A stretch of 64,000 bases of DNA, from positions 4,893 through 68,892 of the forward strand of contig JAFTID010000048.1 in assembly GCA_017457085.1 (NCBI GenBank). Reading direction: 5' to 3'. The translations under genes were made by a program, and so were the position numbers. This stretch comes from Phascolarctobacterium sp. (GTDB lineage: Bacteria; Bacillota; Negativicutes; Acidaminococcales; Acidaminococcaceae). Shown here in pieces: positions 28,646 to 36,531 of this stretch. The first letter of the stretch is position 1; each line of letters begins with the position of its first letter. The notes under the pieces are model-generated. The model searched no databases, was not told where the DNA came from, and worked only from the letters and a program-made list of their open reading frames with translations.

Positions 28646-28683
28646 TAAAAGTTTTTGCTCAATCTTAAGGCTTAAAAAATAAT

Positions 28684-28774
28684 GCGTATTGAAAAATTGA
28701 TATTTTTCAGAGGTTGAGGTATTGAAAAAACTATACTTTTTTAACATTTAGGTATTGAAAAAACTATACTTTTT
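28684..28774 (+). repeat. Three tandem units with a 33-bp period (iteron-like)
   Basis: AGGTATTGAAAAAACTATACTTTTT at 28717 and 28750, plus a degenerate GCGTATTGAAAAATTGATATTTTT at 28684. Confidence 0.7.
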
Positions 28775-28837
28775 GTATAGGATGTATAAAAGAACAAGAT
28801 TCAGTAGAGTGCTTTCGTTACATGATGGAGGTAATTT

Positions 28838-30175
28838 ATGTTTAAAAGAAAAGTATATGATGAGCTCTTAGAATGGAAAAAAGAATGGAATGGAAGATAT
28901 GCTTGCCTTCTTGAAGGTGCTAGACGTGTGGGTAAAACTACAATAGCGGAAGAGTTTGCTCGAAATGAGTACGATTCGTATATTTTAATTGATTTTTCTA
29001 ATGTTAGTAAAGAAATAATAGATATTTTTGATGACATTTCAAGGCTTGACCGTTTCTTTTTAAGGTTACAAATAGAAACTGGAATAGAACTTTATGAAAG
29101 AAAATCTGTTATTATTTTTGATGAGATTCAATTGTTTCCAAAAGCAAGGCAGGCTATAAAACATCTTGTTAAAGATGGACGATATGATTATATAGAAACT
29201 GGTTCCTTGATATCTATAAAGAAGAATGTTAAAAATATTTTGATTCCATCGGAAGAACATAAGATTTATGTGTATCCGATGGATTATGAAGAGTTTATGT
29301 GGGCTATAGGTAGTAATCCTAATGTAATAAATATAATGTATAAAAGTGATTTAGAATTAGGAAATACTGCCAATCGTAATGCTATGAGAGAGTTTAGGAT
29401 TTATATGGCCGTAGGTGGAATGCCGCAGGCAGTTGAATCGTATATTGCTACAAATAATTTTGAAGCTGTTGATAAGGTGAAACGTGAAATTTTAGATTTA
29501 TACTATGATGATTTAAAGAAAATTGATGATTCAGGAAGAATTACAGATATGTATAAATCTGTTCCAAGTCAGCTTGCTGCTAAGAAAAAGCATTATATGA
29601 TAACAACTGCAACTGGTAAACAGAAGACTAGGAAAGATGAAGAAAGGCTTTTTGAATTAATTGAATCTGGCTTAGTATTGCCTTGTTATAATGTTTTGAA
29701 CCCGTCTATATCACTTTCACAAACAAAAGATATAGATTGTTTTAAATTGTATCTGTCAGATATAGGGTTATTTACAACAATGCTATTCAATGATTCACAA
29801 AATGGTATTGAGGATATTTATAGGAAACTTTTAAGTGATGCTTTGCCTGCAGATTTAGGTTATTTGTATGAGAATGTCGTAGCACAAGCTATTAAGGCGA
29901 GTGGTAGGAATTTGTACTATCATACATGGAAAAAAGAAGGAAGTGTACATTCTTTTGAAGTTGACTTTTTGATTACGTCTAAAAATAAACTTATTCCAAT
30001 AGAAGTAAAATCTTCAGCAGTAAAGAATCATAAATCAATAGATGCTTTTGAAACAAAGTACTCTAAATATGTAGGAGAACGTTTTCTTTTATCACAGAAA
30101 GATGTTGGCAAAATAGGAACATTAAAGTTGAAGCCGATATATATGATTTTATTTTTGTTGAAAAATTTGAATTAG
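28838..30175 (+). CDS. AAA+ ATPase (AAA_14 / DUF4143-type)
   Basis: 445 aa with Walker A GARRVGKTT and Walker B IIFDEIQ. Typical DUF4143 tail. Confidence 0.75.
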   Translation: MFKRKVYDELLEWKKEWNGRYACLLEGARRVGKTTIAEEFARNEYDSYILIDFSNVSKEIIDIFDDISRLDRFFLRLQIETGIELYERKSVIIFDEIQLFPKARQAIKHLVKDGRYDYIETGSLISIKKNVKNILIPSEEHKIYVYPMDYEEFMWAIGSNPNVINIMYKSDLELGNTANRNAMREFRIYMAVGGMPQAVESYIATNNFEAVDKVKREILDLYYDDLKKIDDSGRITDMYKSVPSQLAAKKKHYMITTATGKQKTRKDEERLFELIESGLVLPCYNVLNPSISLSQTKDIDCFKLYLSDIGLFTTMLFNDSQNGIEDIYRKLLSDALPADLGYLYENVVAQAIKASGRNLYYHTWKKEGSVHSFEVDFLITSKNKLIPIEVKSSAVKNHKSIDAFETKYSKYVGERFLLSQKDVGKIGTLKLKPIYMILFLLKNLN

Positions 30176-30190
30176 ATTAGTGAAGTAAAC

Positions 30191-30236
30191 CACAGCACCC
30201 CGTCAACCTAAATGGTTGGCGGGGTATTTTTTTAGT
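30191..30236 (+). repeat. Hairpin repeat copy b (with T-run, functional terminator shape)
   Basis: CACCCCGTCAACC-loop-GGTTGGCGGGGT followed by ATTTTTTT. Confidence 0.7.
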
Positions 30237-30253
30237 ACATTTTAAAAATATGC

Positions 30254-30284
30254 TTGAGTATATAACAACAATATAGTTTAGAAT
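30254..30284 (+). promoter_or_regulatory. Regulon-type promoter P8
   Basis: TTGAGT-ATATAACAACAATATAGTT-TAGAAT, 19-bp spacer. Confidence 0.55.
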
Positions 30285-30328
30285 GTATGTGTTAAAAATT
30301 CTAATAGTATGAAGTTGGAGGTTTCCAG

Positions 30329-30880
30329 ATGAAAAAACTTAAACTTATTCTTTGTATGACTTTGGGGCTTTTGCTGTTTGGTGCGGTTGGAACACAAGCT
30401 GCTGGTAAGAAACCTGAGATGGACAGAACAAAAGCTATTGCCACATTACAAGTCGGTTTTGATTATAGTGATGAAGAGCTTGGTGCTTTATACGATACCG
30501 GTATTAGCTATCAAGAATTGAAAAATACTTGTATGCATGCTTTTATTGCAAATGTTCCTTTGCAAGAAATCGTAGACTTACGTAAGAAATATGGTTGGAC
30601 ACGCATTAAGTTCTTACTTGGACTTACTCCACAAAAATTTTATGAAGGCGAATTGCAATACAAAGCTAATAGACTTTATAAAATTATGGGATTAGATAAA
30701 GAAGTGTCTATTAAGTATATGAAACTTGGCTTCCCTTCCCATCAAGTAAAGCGCGCTCACTATATTGCTCGCCATTGTGATGTTCCTGTTATTGAGATTT
30801 TGAATATGAAAACTCGCCAAATAAAATGGGGCGATGTGGCAGAACAACTTGGTTTGCCTAGAGATGCGTGTATGAAATAA
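30329..30880 (+). CDS. Secreted helical-repeat protein of unknown function (paralog of 34927..35484)
   Basis: 183 aa with a signal peptide ending ...TQAAG. Roughly four-fifths identical by eye to the 185-aa paralog, with mostly synonymous DNA differences in the identical C-terminal 40 aa. Confidence 0.75.
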   Translation: MKKLKLILCMTLGLLLFGAVGTQAAGKKPEMDRTKAIATLQVGFDYSDEELGALYDTGISYQELKNTCMHAFIANVPLQEIVDLRKKYGWTRIKFLLGLTPQKFYEGELQYKANRLYKIMGLDKEVSIKYMKLGFPSHQVKRAHYIARHCDVPVIEILNMKTRQIKWGDVAEQLGLPRDACMK

Positions 30881-30900
30881 AATGATTAACTTACAATAAA

Positions 30901-30950
30901 CACCCCGTCAATCTTGCTGGTTGGCGGGGGTGTTGTGTGTTGGGGGAGAG
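30901..30950 (+). repeat. Hairpin repeat copy c with G-rich tail
   Basis: CACCCCGTCAA-loop-TTGGCGGGGGTG followed by TTGTGTGTTGGGGGAGAG, the same tail as copy a. Confidence 0.7.
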
Positions 30951-31071
30951 TTCTTGTCTTTTGCGTTGCTTTGAGGCAATGTGGTATAATTAATAATGAA
31001 AGAAATTACTTGTGTTTTGGTGTAAGTTTTATCGAAATTAGGGTAAAGTTTGTATGCGAGGAGAATGCCTT

Positions 31072-32556
31072 ATGAACTTCAAAGAATTGATAGGCGAAAC
31101 AACTTCATATGATAAAAAAGTTTTGTTGGAAGAACGTAAACCTAAAAGCTGGTGCAAGAGTGTAAGTGCTTTTGCAAATTATTCTGGTGGTTGTTTAATT
31201 TTTGGCATCAATGATGCTGACCAGGTGGTTGGCTTAGATAACCCACAAGAAGTTTCTGAAAAGATTAGCGAGATTATTACAAGTAGAATAGATCCCATAC
31301 CAGTATTTGATATGGCGTTTCATACCATAGAGGGAAAAGTAATTGTTGTTTTGAAAATTGAAGAAGGTAAAATACCACCATACTACTATGTTGATGGTGG
31401 TAATCGTACAGCATACAGACGTGTTGGCAATGAAAGTATACCTGTAGATGGGAATGCATTGCGGGCTTTGATTTTAAAAGGTGCGAATAGTTCTTATGAT
31501 ATTGTATGTTCCCAATATGATAAGGATAAATTTTCCTTTTCAAAATTAAAGGCTACTTATTTTAATAAAACAGGTAACGCTTTTAATGAAGACGATTATG
31601 AATCTTGGTGCTTGATTGAAAATGATAAATTGACTAATGCAGGAGCGTTGTTGGTTGATGAGTCTCCTATACGTCATTCTAGATTATTCTGTACTAGATG
31701 GAATGGACTAGATAAGGCATCTGGTGTAATTGATGCGTTAGATGATAGGGAATTTGCTGGTAGTTTGATTTCTTTGTTACAGAATGGCTTGGAGTTCATT
31801 TTTAATAATTCTAAAAAGCAATGGAAAAAGGTTTCTGATTCTAGAATAGAGATGCCAGATTATCCTGAACGTAGTGTTCAGGAAGGCTTGGTTAATGCCC
31901 TAATACATAGGGACTATTTAGAAATTGGAAGCGAAGTTCATATTGATATGTACGATGACAGATTAGAAATATATTCACCTGGTGGTATGTATGATGGCTC
32001 TTTTGTTCAGGAAAGAGACATTCTTCGTGTGCCGTCTAAAAGACGTAATCCAATTATTGCGGATGCGTTTAATCGTTTAAGGTTAATGGAACGCAGAGGC
32101 AGTGGGTTCAAGAAGATTTGTTCTGATTATTCTACACAAGTAAATTATACTGAAGCTATGGCTCCTCAATTTTATTCGGACTTTGATTCCTTTGTGCTGA
32201 CGTTGCGTAATTTAAATTACAGGTATGGTGCACAAGAAACTAGTGAAAAGATACAAGAAACTAGTGAAAAGATACAAGAAACTAGTGGAAAGATACAAGA
32301 AACTAGTGAAAAGATACAAGAAACTAGTGAAAAGATACAAGAAACCAAAGACAAAACTCAATTTATAAGAGCCATGATAATTGATTTTTGTGCCGTACCT
32401 AGAAGTAGATTAGAAATAATAGAACATATTGGGTACAAGAGTAAAACTACATTATGGAGAAATTATTTGAAGCCATTGCTTGTCGAGGGTAGGCTTGAAA
32501 TGACCATTCCCGAACAACCTAAGAATCGTAATCAAAAATATGTAACTGTAAAATAA
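31072..32556 (+). CDS. AlbA_2 (Schlafen-like) plus RecG-C-terminal-like ATPase-fold putative DNA-binding regulator
   Basis: The ATG at 31072 follows GAGGAG by 7 nt. N-terminus ...KSVSAFANYSGGCLIFGINDADQVVGL is AlbA_2-like, and RNPIIADAFNRLRLMERRGSGFKKI is HATPase_c_4-like. A C-terminal wHTH-like tail follows. Confidence 0.65.
   Translation: MNFKELIGETTSYDKKVLLEERKPKSWCKSVSAFANYSGGCLIFGINDADQVVGLDNPQEVSEKISEIITSRIDPIPVFDMAFHTIEGKVIVVLKIEEGKIPPYYYVDGGNRTAYRRVGNESIPVDGNALRALILKGANSSYDIVCSQYDKDKFSFSKLKATYFNKTGNAFNEDDYESWCLIENDKLTNAGALLVDESPIRHSRLFCTRWNGLDKASGVIDALDDREFAGSLISLLQNGLEFIFNNSKKQWKKVSDSRIEMPDYPERSVQEGLVNALIHRDYLEIGSEVHIDMYDDRLEIYSPGGMYDGSFVQERDILRVPSKRRNPIIADAFNRLRLMERRGSGFKKICSDYSTQVNYTEAMAPQFYSDFDSFVLTLRNLNYRYGAQETSEKIQETSEKIQETSGKIQETSEKIQETSEKIQETKDKTQFIRAMIIDFCAVPRSRLEIIEHIGYKSKTTLWRNYLKPLLVEGRLEMTIPEQPKNRNQKYVTVK
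32233..32346 (+). repeat. In-frame 21-bp tandem repeat, five copies plus a partial copy (QETSEKI)n
   Basis: CAAGAAACTAGTGAAAAGATA repeated head to tail, with one copy carrying a single A-to-G change (E to G). Confidence 0.9.
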
Positions 32557-32630
32557 TTTTAAGCATGTAGCTGGAAATAGCAGAAGATGTCTGAACGTTA
32601 ATGATGAAAATTTTAAAAGCACGATGTACT

Positions 32631-32675
32631 ACAACACCCTCGTCAACCTTGTTGGTTGGCGGGGGTGTTTGTTAT
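32631..32675 (+). repeat. Hairpin repeat copy d
   Basis: ACACCCTCGTCAACC-loop-GGTTGGCGGGGGTGT followed by TTGTTAT. Confidence 0.7.
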
Positions 32676-32764
32676 ATGTGTTTAGATTTTTTCTGTTACC
32701 ATTTATTCAAACCAGTTCCTAAAACAAGCAATAAATCTTTTTGAGAACTATTCTCAAAAAATGC

Positions 32765-32795
32765 TTGCGTGTATAGTAACTACATAGTTTACAAT
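32765..32795 (+). promoter_or_regulatory. Regulon-type promoter P9
   Basis: TTGCGT-GTATAGTAACTACATAGTT-TACAAT, 19-bp spacer. Confidence 0.5.
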
Positions 32796-32808
32796 GATAC
32801 GCAAGTAC

Positions 32809-32834
32809 CACACGACCATGAAAGACTGGGTGTG
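32809..32834 (+). promoter_or_regulatory. Conserved 5'-leader hairpin (copy 2) upstream of TonB receptor 3
   Basis: CACA-CGACCATGAAAGACTGGG-TGTG. The core is identical to copy 1 and the outer stem base pairs are compensatory. Confidence 0.45.
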
Positions 32835-32868
32835 CGAAAGGACAAATAATTTTTTAGGAGTGTGTTCT

Positions 32869-34902
32869 ATGAAAAAGATGACTAAGGCAATGTTGATGAC
32901 AGCGCTTATTTTAGGCTCTGTTCAATGGGGGGGTACAGCAGTACACGCAGCTGAAACCTTGCAAGAATTTACTCTTGACCCGATGGTAGTAACTGCAAGC
33001 AGAATGGAAAAAATGGATTTAGATACCGCGGCCGCAGTTGAAGTTCTTGATAATGAACGTATCGAGAAAAGTGGTGCTGGTAATGCTTTTGAAGTGTTAA
33101 GAGGTGCATTAGGTATTTTTTCATCTACTCAAGGTCCTAATGGTGTTTCTCTAGGTTCTATGACTAGTAAAATTAATATTCGCGGTGTAGATAAAGGTAC
33201 TTTGGTTTTGCTTGATGGTATGCCGTTGAACCAGGATGGTAAATATAATCTTGAGGATATTCCTGCTGATTTGATTGAAAAGATTGAAATTGTACGTGGT
33301 GGTGGTGCTGTTCTTTATGGTTCTGAAGCTACGGGTGGTGTAGTAAATATTATTACAAAAAGTAAAGTTCGTAATAGTGTAAAAGTTTCCGCAGGTAATT
33401 ATGGCAGAGAAAGATATTCTGTGAATGTCGGTAATGAAAAGTTTAGTTTGTTAACTCATTTAAATAATAGAGGTGAAATGAGTCCTATGACCACAACTGT
33501 AAATAAATCTGGCATGGGAGGCAAGGTAACTCAACAACACTATGATTATTCAAATGGCGAAGATAAAGGTTTACTGTTTAATTATAATATCAATGATAAT
33601 TTAAAATTTACTTATAATTATTCTAAAACTAATAATGCTGTTGACATTTTCGATAATACATATTTGAAGAGTGCCTATCAAAGAAAAGAATATGAAGATC
33701 ATAATAACAGTTTTATATTAAGGTATGATGATCAGAATGGCTTAATCGCAAATATTTCTTATAACACACAGGAAAGAAATTACGACCAGATAAACTATAA
33801 GAAAGCTACTGGCGAAATTGATAAGGCATTTAAGTACAGCTGGAGAGAAGGCAAAAACACTAATATTGATATTCAAAAATCTTGGGATGTCAATGGAAAA
33901 GATAAGTTTTTAATTGGTGCCACCTTGAAGAAAGAAGATTTGAATGTTTATAATTCTCCCACTAAAAAAATGGGTAGCACGCCAGCAAAACCTGAAAGAA
34001 CAGGCGATTATGTTAGGGACGTATATTCATTATATGCTTCATACGATTGGCAAATGAATGATAATGATAATTTAATATTGAATTTACGAGAAACTATTGT
34101 TAGAAATTGTGATGGTACTGAGAATAATTTAGAAACAGGAACCTCTGATGATAACCAAAAGGATGATGTAAATAAGTTCACTCCAGAATTACAATATATT
34201 AAAAAAATTAGCGAGGATAGAACAGTGTATGCTAAAGCAGGCAAGTCTTTCAGACTTCCTGAATTAACTAAACTTTTTGGTGGTAGTGTAATTTTGAAAT
34301 CTCCTGAATTAAAACCTGAACAAGGTACTCACTACGAAGTTGGTTATAAGCTCAATGAGAATAATCGTTCTTGGCGTTTAGCATTATTCCAATATGATAT
34401 TAAAGATTCTATTGAAGCTAAAGAAGGTACTTCTGCTTCAGCAGGTAACTTGGAATATGAAAATAATGATGCAGAGAATATCGGTATCGAGTTATCTTGT
34501 AATATTAAGCATAATGACAATTTTGATAGTTATTATGGAATCTCTTATAGCAATCCTAAAACAAGACATATTGATAAAGATGGCAATAAGGGCGAATGGG
34601 TTAAGACAAACAATCAATTACAATTTAATTTAGGTTTGAATTATAACTATGAAAAAACTACTGCATCTTTAATGGCTAACTATGTTGGTGAGCGTCATGA
34701 TTCTGGTGGTAAAGTAAGACCCGCACTTTACACTGATTTACACTTTACTTATGCACCTGAGAAAAATCAAAAAGTATTCTTGCATATAAATAATTTATTT
34801 GATAGAGCGGATTATACCACTAGCAATGGTCCTGACGAAGATACTTATGCATATTATGCTATGGGTCGTAACTTTATGCTCGGTTACGAAGTTAGTTTCT
34901 AA
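32869..34902 (+). CDS. TonB-dependent outer-membrane receptor 3
   Basis: The ATG at 32869 follows TAGGAG, and the track's upstream extension covers the promoter. MKKMTKAMLMTALI signal peptide and DPMVVTA. Plug motif IEIVRGGGAVLYGSEATGGVVNIITK. Terminal YEVSF. Confidence 0.9.
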   Translation: MKKMTKAMLMTALILGSVQWGGTAVHAAETLQEFTLDPMVVTASRMEKMDLDTAAAVEVLDNERIEKSGAGNAFEVLRGALGIFSSTQGPNGVSLGSMTSKINIRGVDKGTLVLLDGMPLNQDGKYNLEDIPADLIEKIEIVRGGGAVLYGSEATGGVVNIITKSKVRNSVKVSAGNYGRERYSVNVGNEKFSLLTHLNNRGEMSPMTTTVNKSGMGGKVTQQHYDYSNGEDKGLLFNYNINDNLKFTYNYSKTNNAVDIFDNTYLKSAYQRKEYEDHNNSFILRYDDQNGLIANISYNTQERNYDQINYKKATGEIDKAFKYSWREGKNTNIDIQKSWDVNGKDKFLIGATLKKEDLNVYNSPTKKMGSTPAKPERTGDYVRDVYSLYASYDWQMNDNDNLILNLRETIVRNCDGTENNLETGTSDDNQKDDVNKFTPELQYIKKISEDRTVYAKAGKSFRLPELTKLFGGSVILKSPELKPEQGTHYEVGYKLNENNRSWRLALFQYDIKDSIEAKEGTSASAGNLEYENNDAENIGIELSCNIKHNDNFDSYYGISYSNPKTRHIDKDGNKGEWVKTNNQLQFNLGLNYNYEKTTASLMANYVGERHDSGGKVRPALYTDLHFTYAPEKNQKVFLHINNLFDRADYTTSNGPDEDTYAYYAMGRNFMLGYEVSF

Positions 34903-34926
34903 TCTCAAATATTCGGAGGTACTCCA

Positions 34927-35484
34927 ATGAAAAAACTTGAACTCATTCTTTGTTTAGCTCTAGGTTGCTTCTTACTTATTGGTGGTGGCGGTACTGCGCA
35001 AGCTGCCAGCAAACGCCCGGAGATGGACAAGGCAAAAGCAATCGCAACGCTTCAAGTTGGTTTTGATTATAGCGAAGCAGAGCTTGGCAAATATCTTGAC
35101 GAGGGTATGAGCTACAAGGAACTTAAAAGTATTTGTATGCATGCTTTTGCGGCAAATGTTCCTTTACAAAAGGTTGTAGAGCTTCGTCACAAATATGGTT
35201 GGACAAGAGTTAAGTTTTTGCTTGGGCTTACTCCGCAAAAGTTTTATGAGGGTGAGCTTGAGTATAAAGCTAACCGTCTTTACAAAATTATGGGGTTAGA
35301 TAAAAAGACTTCTATTAAATATATGAAGCTTGGTTTTGCTTCTCACCAAGTTAAACGTGCCAGCTACATTGCTCGTCATTGTGATGTGCCTTTAATTGAA
35401 ATCTTGAATATGAAAACCCGTCAAATTAAATGGGGCGATGTGGCAGAACAATTAGGCTTGCCACGTGATGCTTGCATGAAATAA
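34927..35484 (+). CDS. Secreted helical-repeat protein of unknown function (paralog of 30329..30880)
   Basis: 185 aa with a signal peptide ending ...TAQAAS. Starts 24 nt after the receptor 3 stop. Confidence 0.75.
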   Translation: MKKLELILCLALGCFLLIGGGGTAQAASKRPEMDKAKAIATLQVGFDYSEAELGKYLDEGMSYKELKSICMHAFAANVPLQKVVELRHKYGWTRVKFLLGLTPQKFYEGELEYKANRLYKIMGLDKKTSIKYMKLGFASHQVKRASYIARHCDVPLIEILNMKTRQIKWGDVAEQLGLPRDACMK

Positions 35485-35497
35485 TATTACAAACTTC

Positions 35498-35536
35498 AAT
35501 GACGGCGCTTCGTGCGCCGTCATTACAACTTTTTTA
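35498..35536 (+). terminator. Intra-operon hairpin (partial terminator or processing site)
   Basis: AATGACGGCGC-TTCG-(T)GCGCCGTCATT, then ACAAC and TTTTTT. Confidence 0.45.
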
Positions 35537-35571
35537 ATTCCCGAAACGTTCTGATGAAAGACGTATATATA

Positions 35572-36531
35572 ATGAAGAAAACTTTATTTTTACTGCTCTG
35601 CTTGCTTACTTGTTTTATCGTTGGTTGTGCAAGTGAGAGCAAACCCCTTGAAAAAGAAAACAATGTTAAGGCTGCTTATAGCGTAACTGATGATAGAGGC
35701 AAAGTCTTTGAATTTGCCAAGCCACCTACAAGAATGGTGACCACAAGTCTTGCTTTCCAAGATATTCTTTTGGAAATGGTACCTGTGGAACATTTCATTG
35801 CCACTTCTGTTTCCGCAGCGGACCCTAATTACTCCATGACCGCAGAAATTTCCAAGAAGATTCCCAACAAATATCGTCCTCGTATTACAGTGGAACAGGT
35901 TTTGAAATACAAGCCAGACCTTTTTATTACCACACCTCTTACCAATCCGGAAGTGAGCAGTACTCTGGAGGATATGGGTGTTAAGGTTTTTATGCTTAAT
36001 CAAGTTGATACCTATCCCGATATTAAAAAGAGTATCACTAAATTAGGCGAGCTTGTTAACGAAAAAGAAAAGGGTGTTGCCCTAATTGAAAAGATGCAGG
36101 TTGGCGAGAAGGCTCTTGCTGAAAAATTGGCAGTTATTCCCAAGGACAAACAGAAACTAGTGATTCAGCTTACTTACAGCGGAACCTACGGAATGCTGCA
36201 AAATATTTTTGGTATGCTTTGTGATTTGGCACACGTGAAAAATGGTATGGCGATTATGCCTGTTCGTGCCAGCATGCCTGTGAGCAAGGAAAAGATTGTG
36301 GAACTGAACCCTGATGTTTTATTCTTGCCCTCTTGGGATGCCAAAGGAAGTCAAAATTCTGATACCTACTTTAACCAAATCGTCAATGACCCTGCTTATA
36401 AGGATTTGGCTTGCGTAAAAAACAAAGCAGTCTATAAATTTCCAGAACGCTATCGCTACTGCACCTCTCAACATATTTTAGAGGGTGCTGAGTACATGGC
36501 GAAGCTTGTTTATCCTGAATACTTACACTAA
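35572..36531 (+). CDS. ABC-type periplasmic substrate-binding lipoprotein (FecB/BtuF-like)
   Basis: ATG at 35572. MKKTLFLLLCLLTCFIVGC lipobox. The C-terminal AKLVYPEYL is shared with the other two PBPs. Confidence 0.85.
   Translation: MKKTLFLLLCLLTCFIVGCASESKPLEKENNVKAAYSVTDDRGKVFEFAKPPTRMVTTSLAFQDILLEMVPVEHFIATSVSAADPNYSMTAEISKKIPNKYRPRITVEQVLKYKPDLFITTPLTNPEVSSTLEDMGVKVFMLNQVDTYPDIKKSITKLGELVNEKEKGVALIEKMQVGEKALAEKLAVIPKDKQKLVIQLTYSGTYGMLQNIFGMLCDLAHVKNGMAIMPVRASMPVSKEKIVELNPDVLFLPSWDAKGSQNSDTYFNQIVNDPAYKDLACVKNKAVYKFPERYRYCTSQHILEGAEYMAKLVYPEYLH

Noticed and set aside
28684-32346. CRISPR array
   Set aside because: The 33-bp-period repeats (three units) and the 21-bp repeats are contiguous tandem repeats without unique spacers. 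The latter lie in frame inside a gene. No cas genes are present.
32794-32868. N-terminal extensions in the ORF track, for example 32794, 35512, 17922, 6519, 8884, 51031, 37412, 38600, 46510 and 56848
   Set aside because: The extensions start at non-ATG codons or lack an SD, and they overlap promoters or upstream genes. They also precede internal ATG or GTG codons that have good SD spacing and are followed immediately by signal peptides or family N-terminal motifs. The downstream starts were used.
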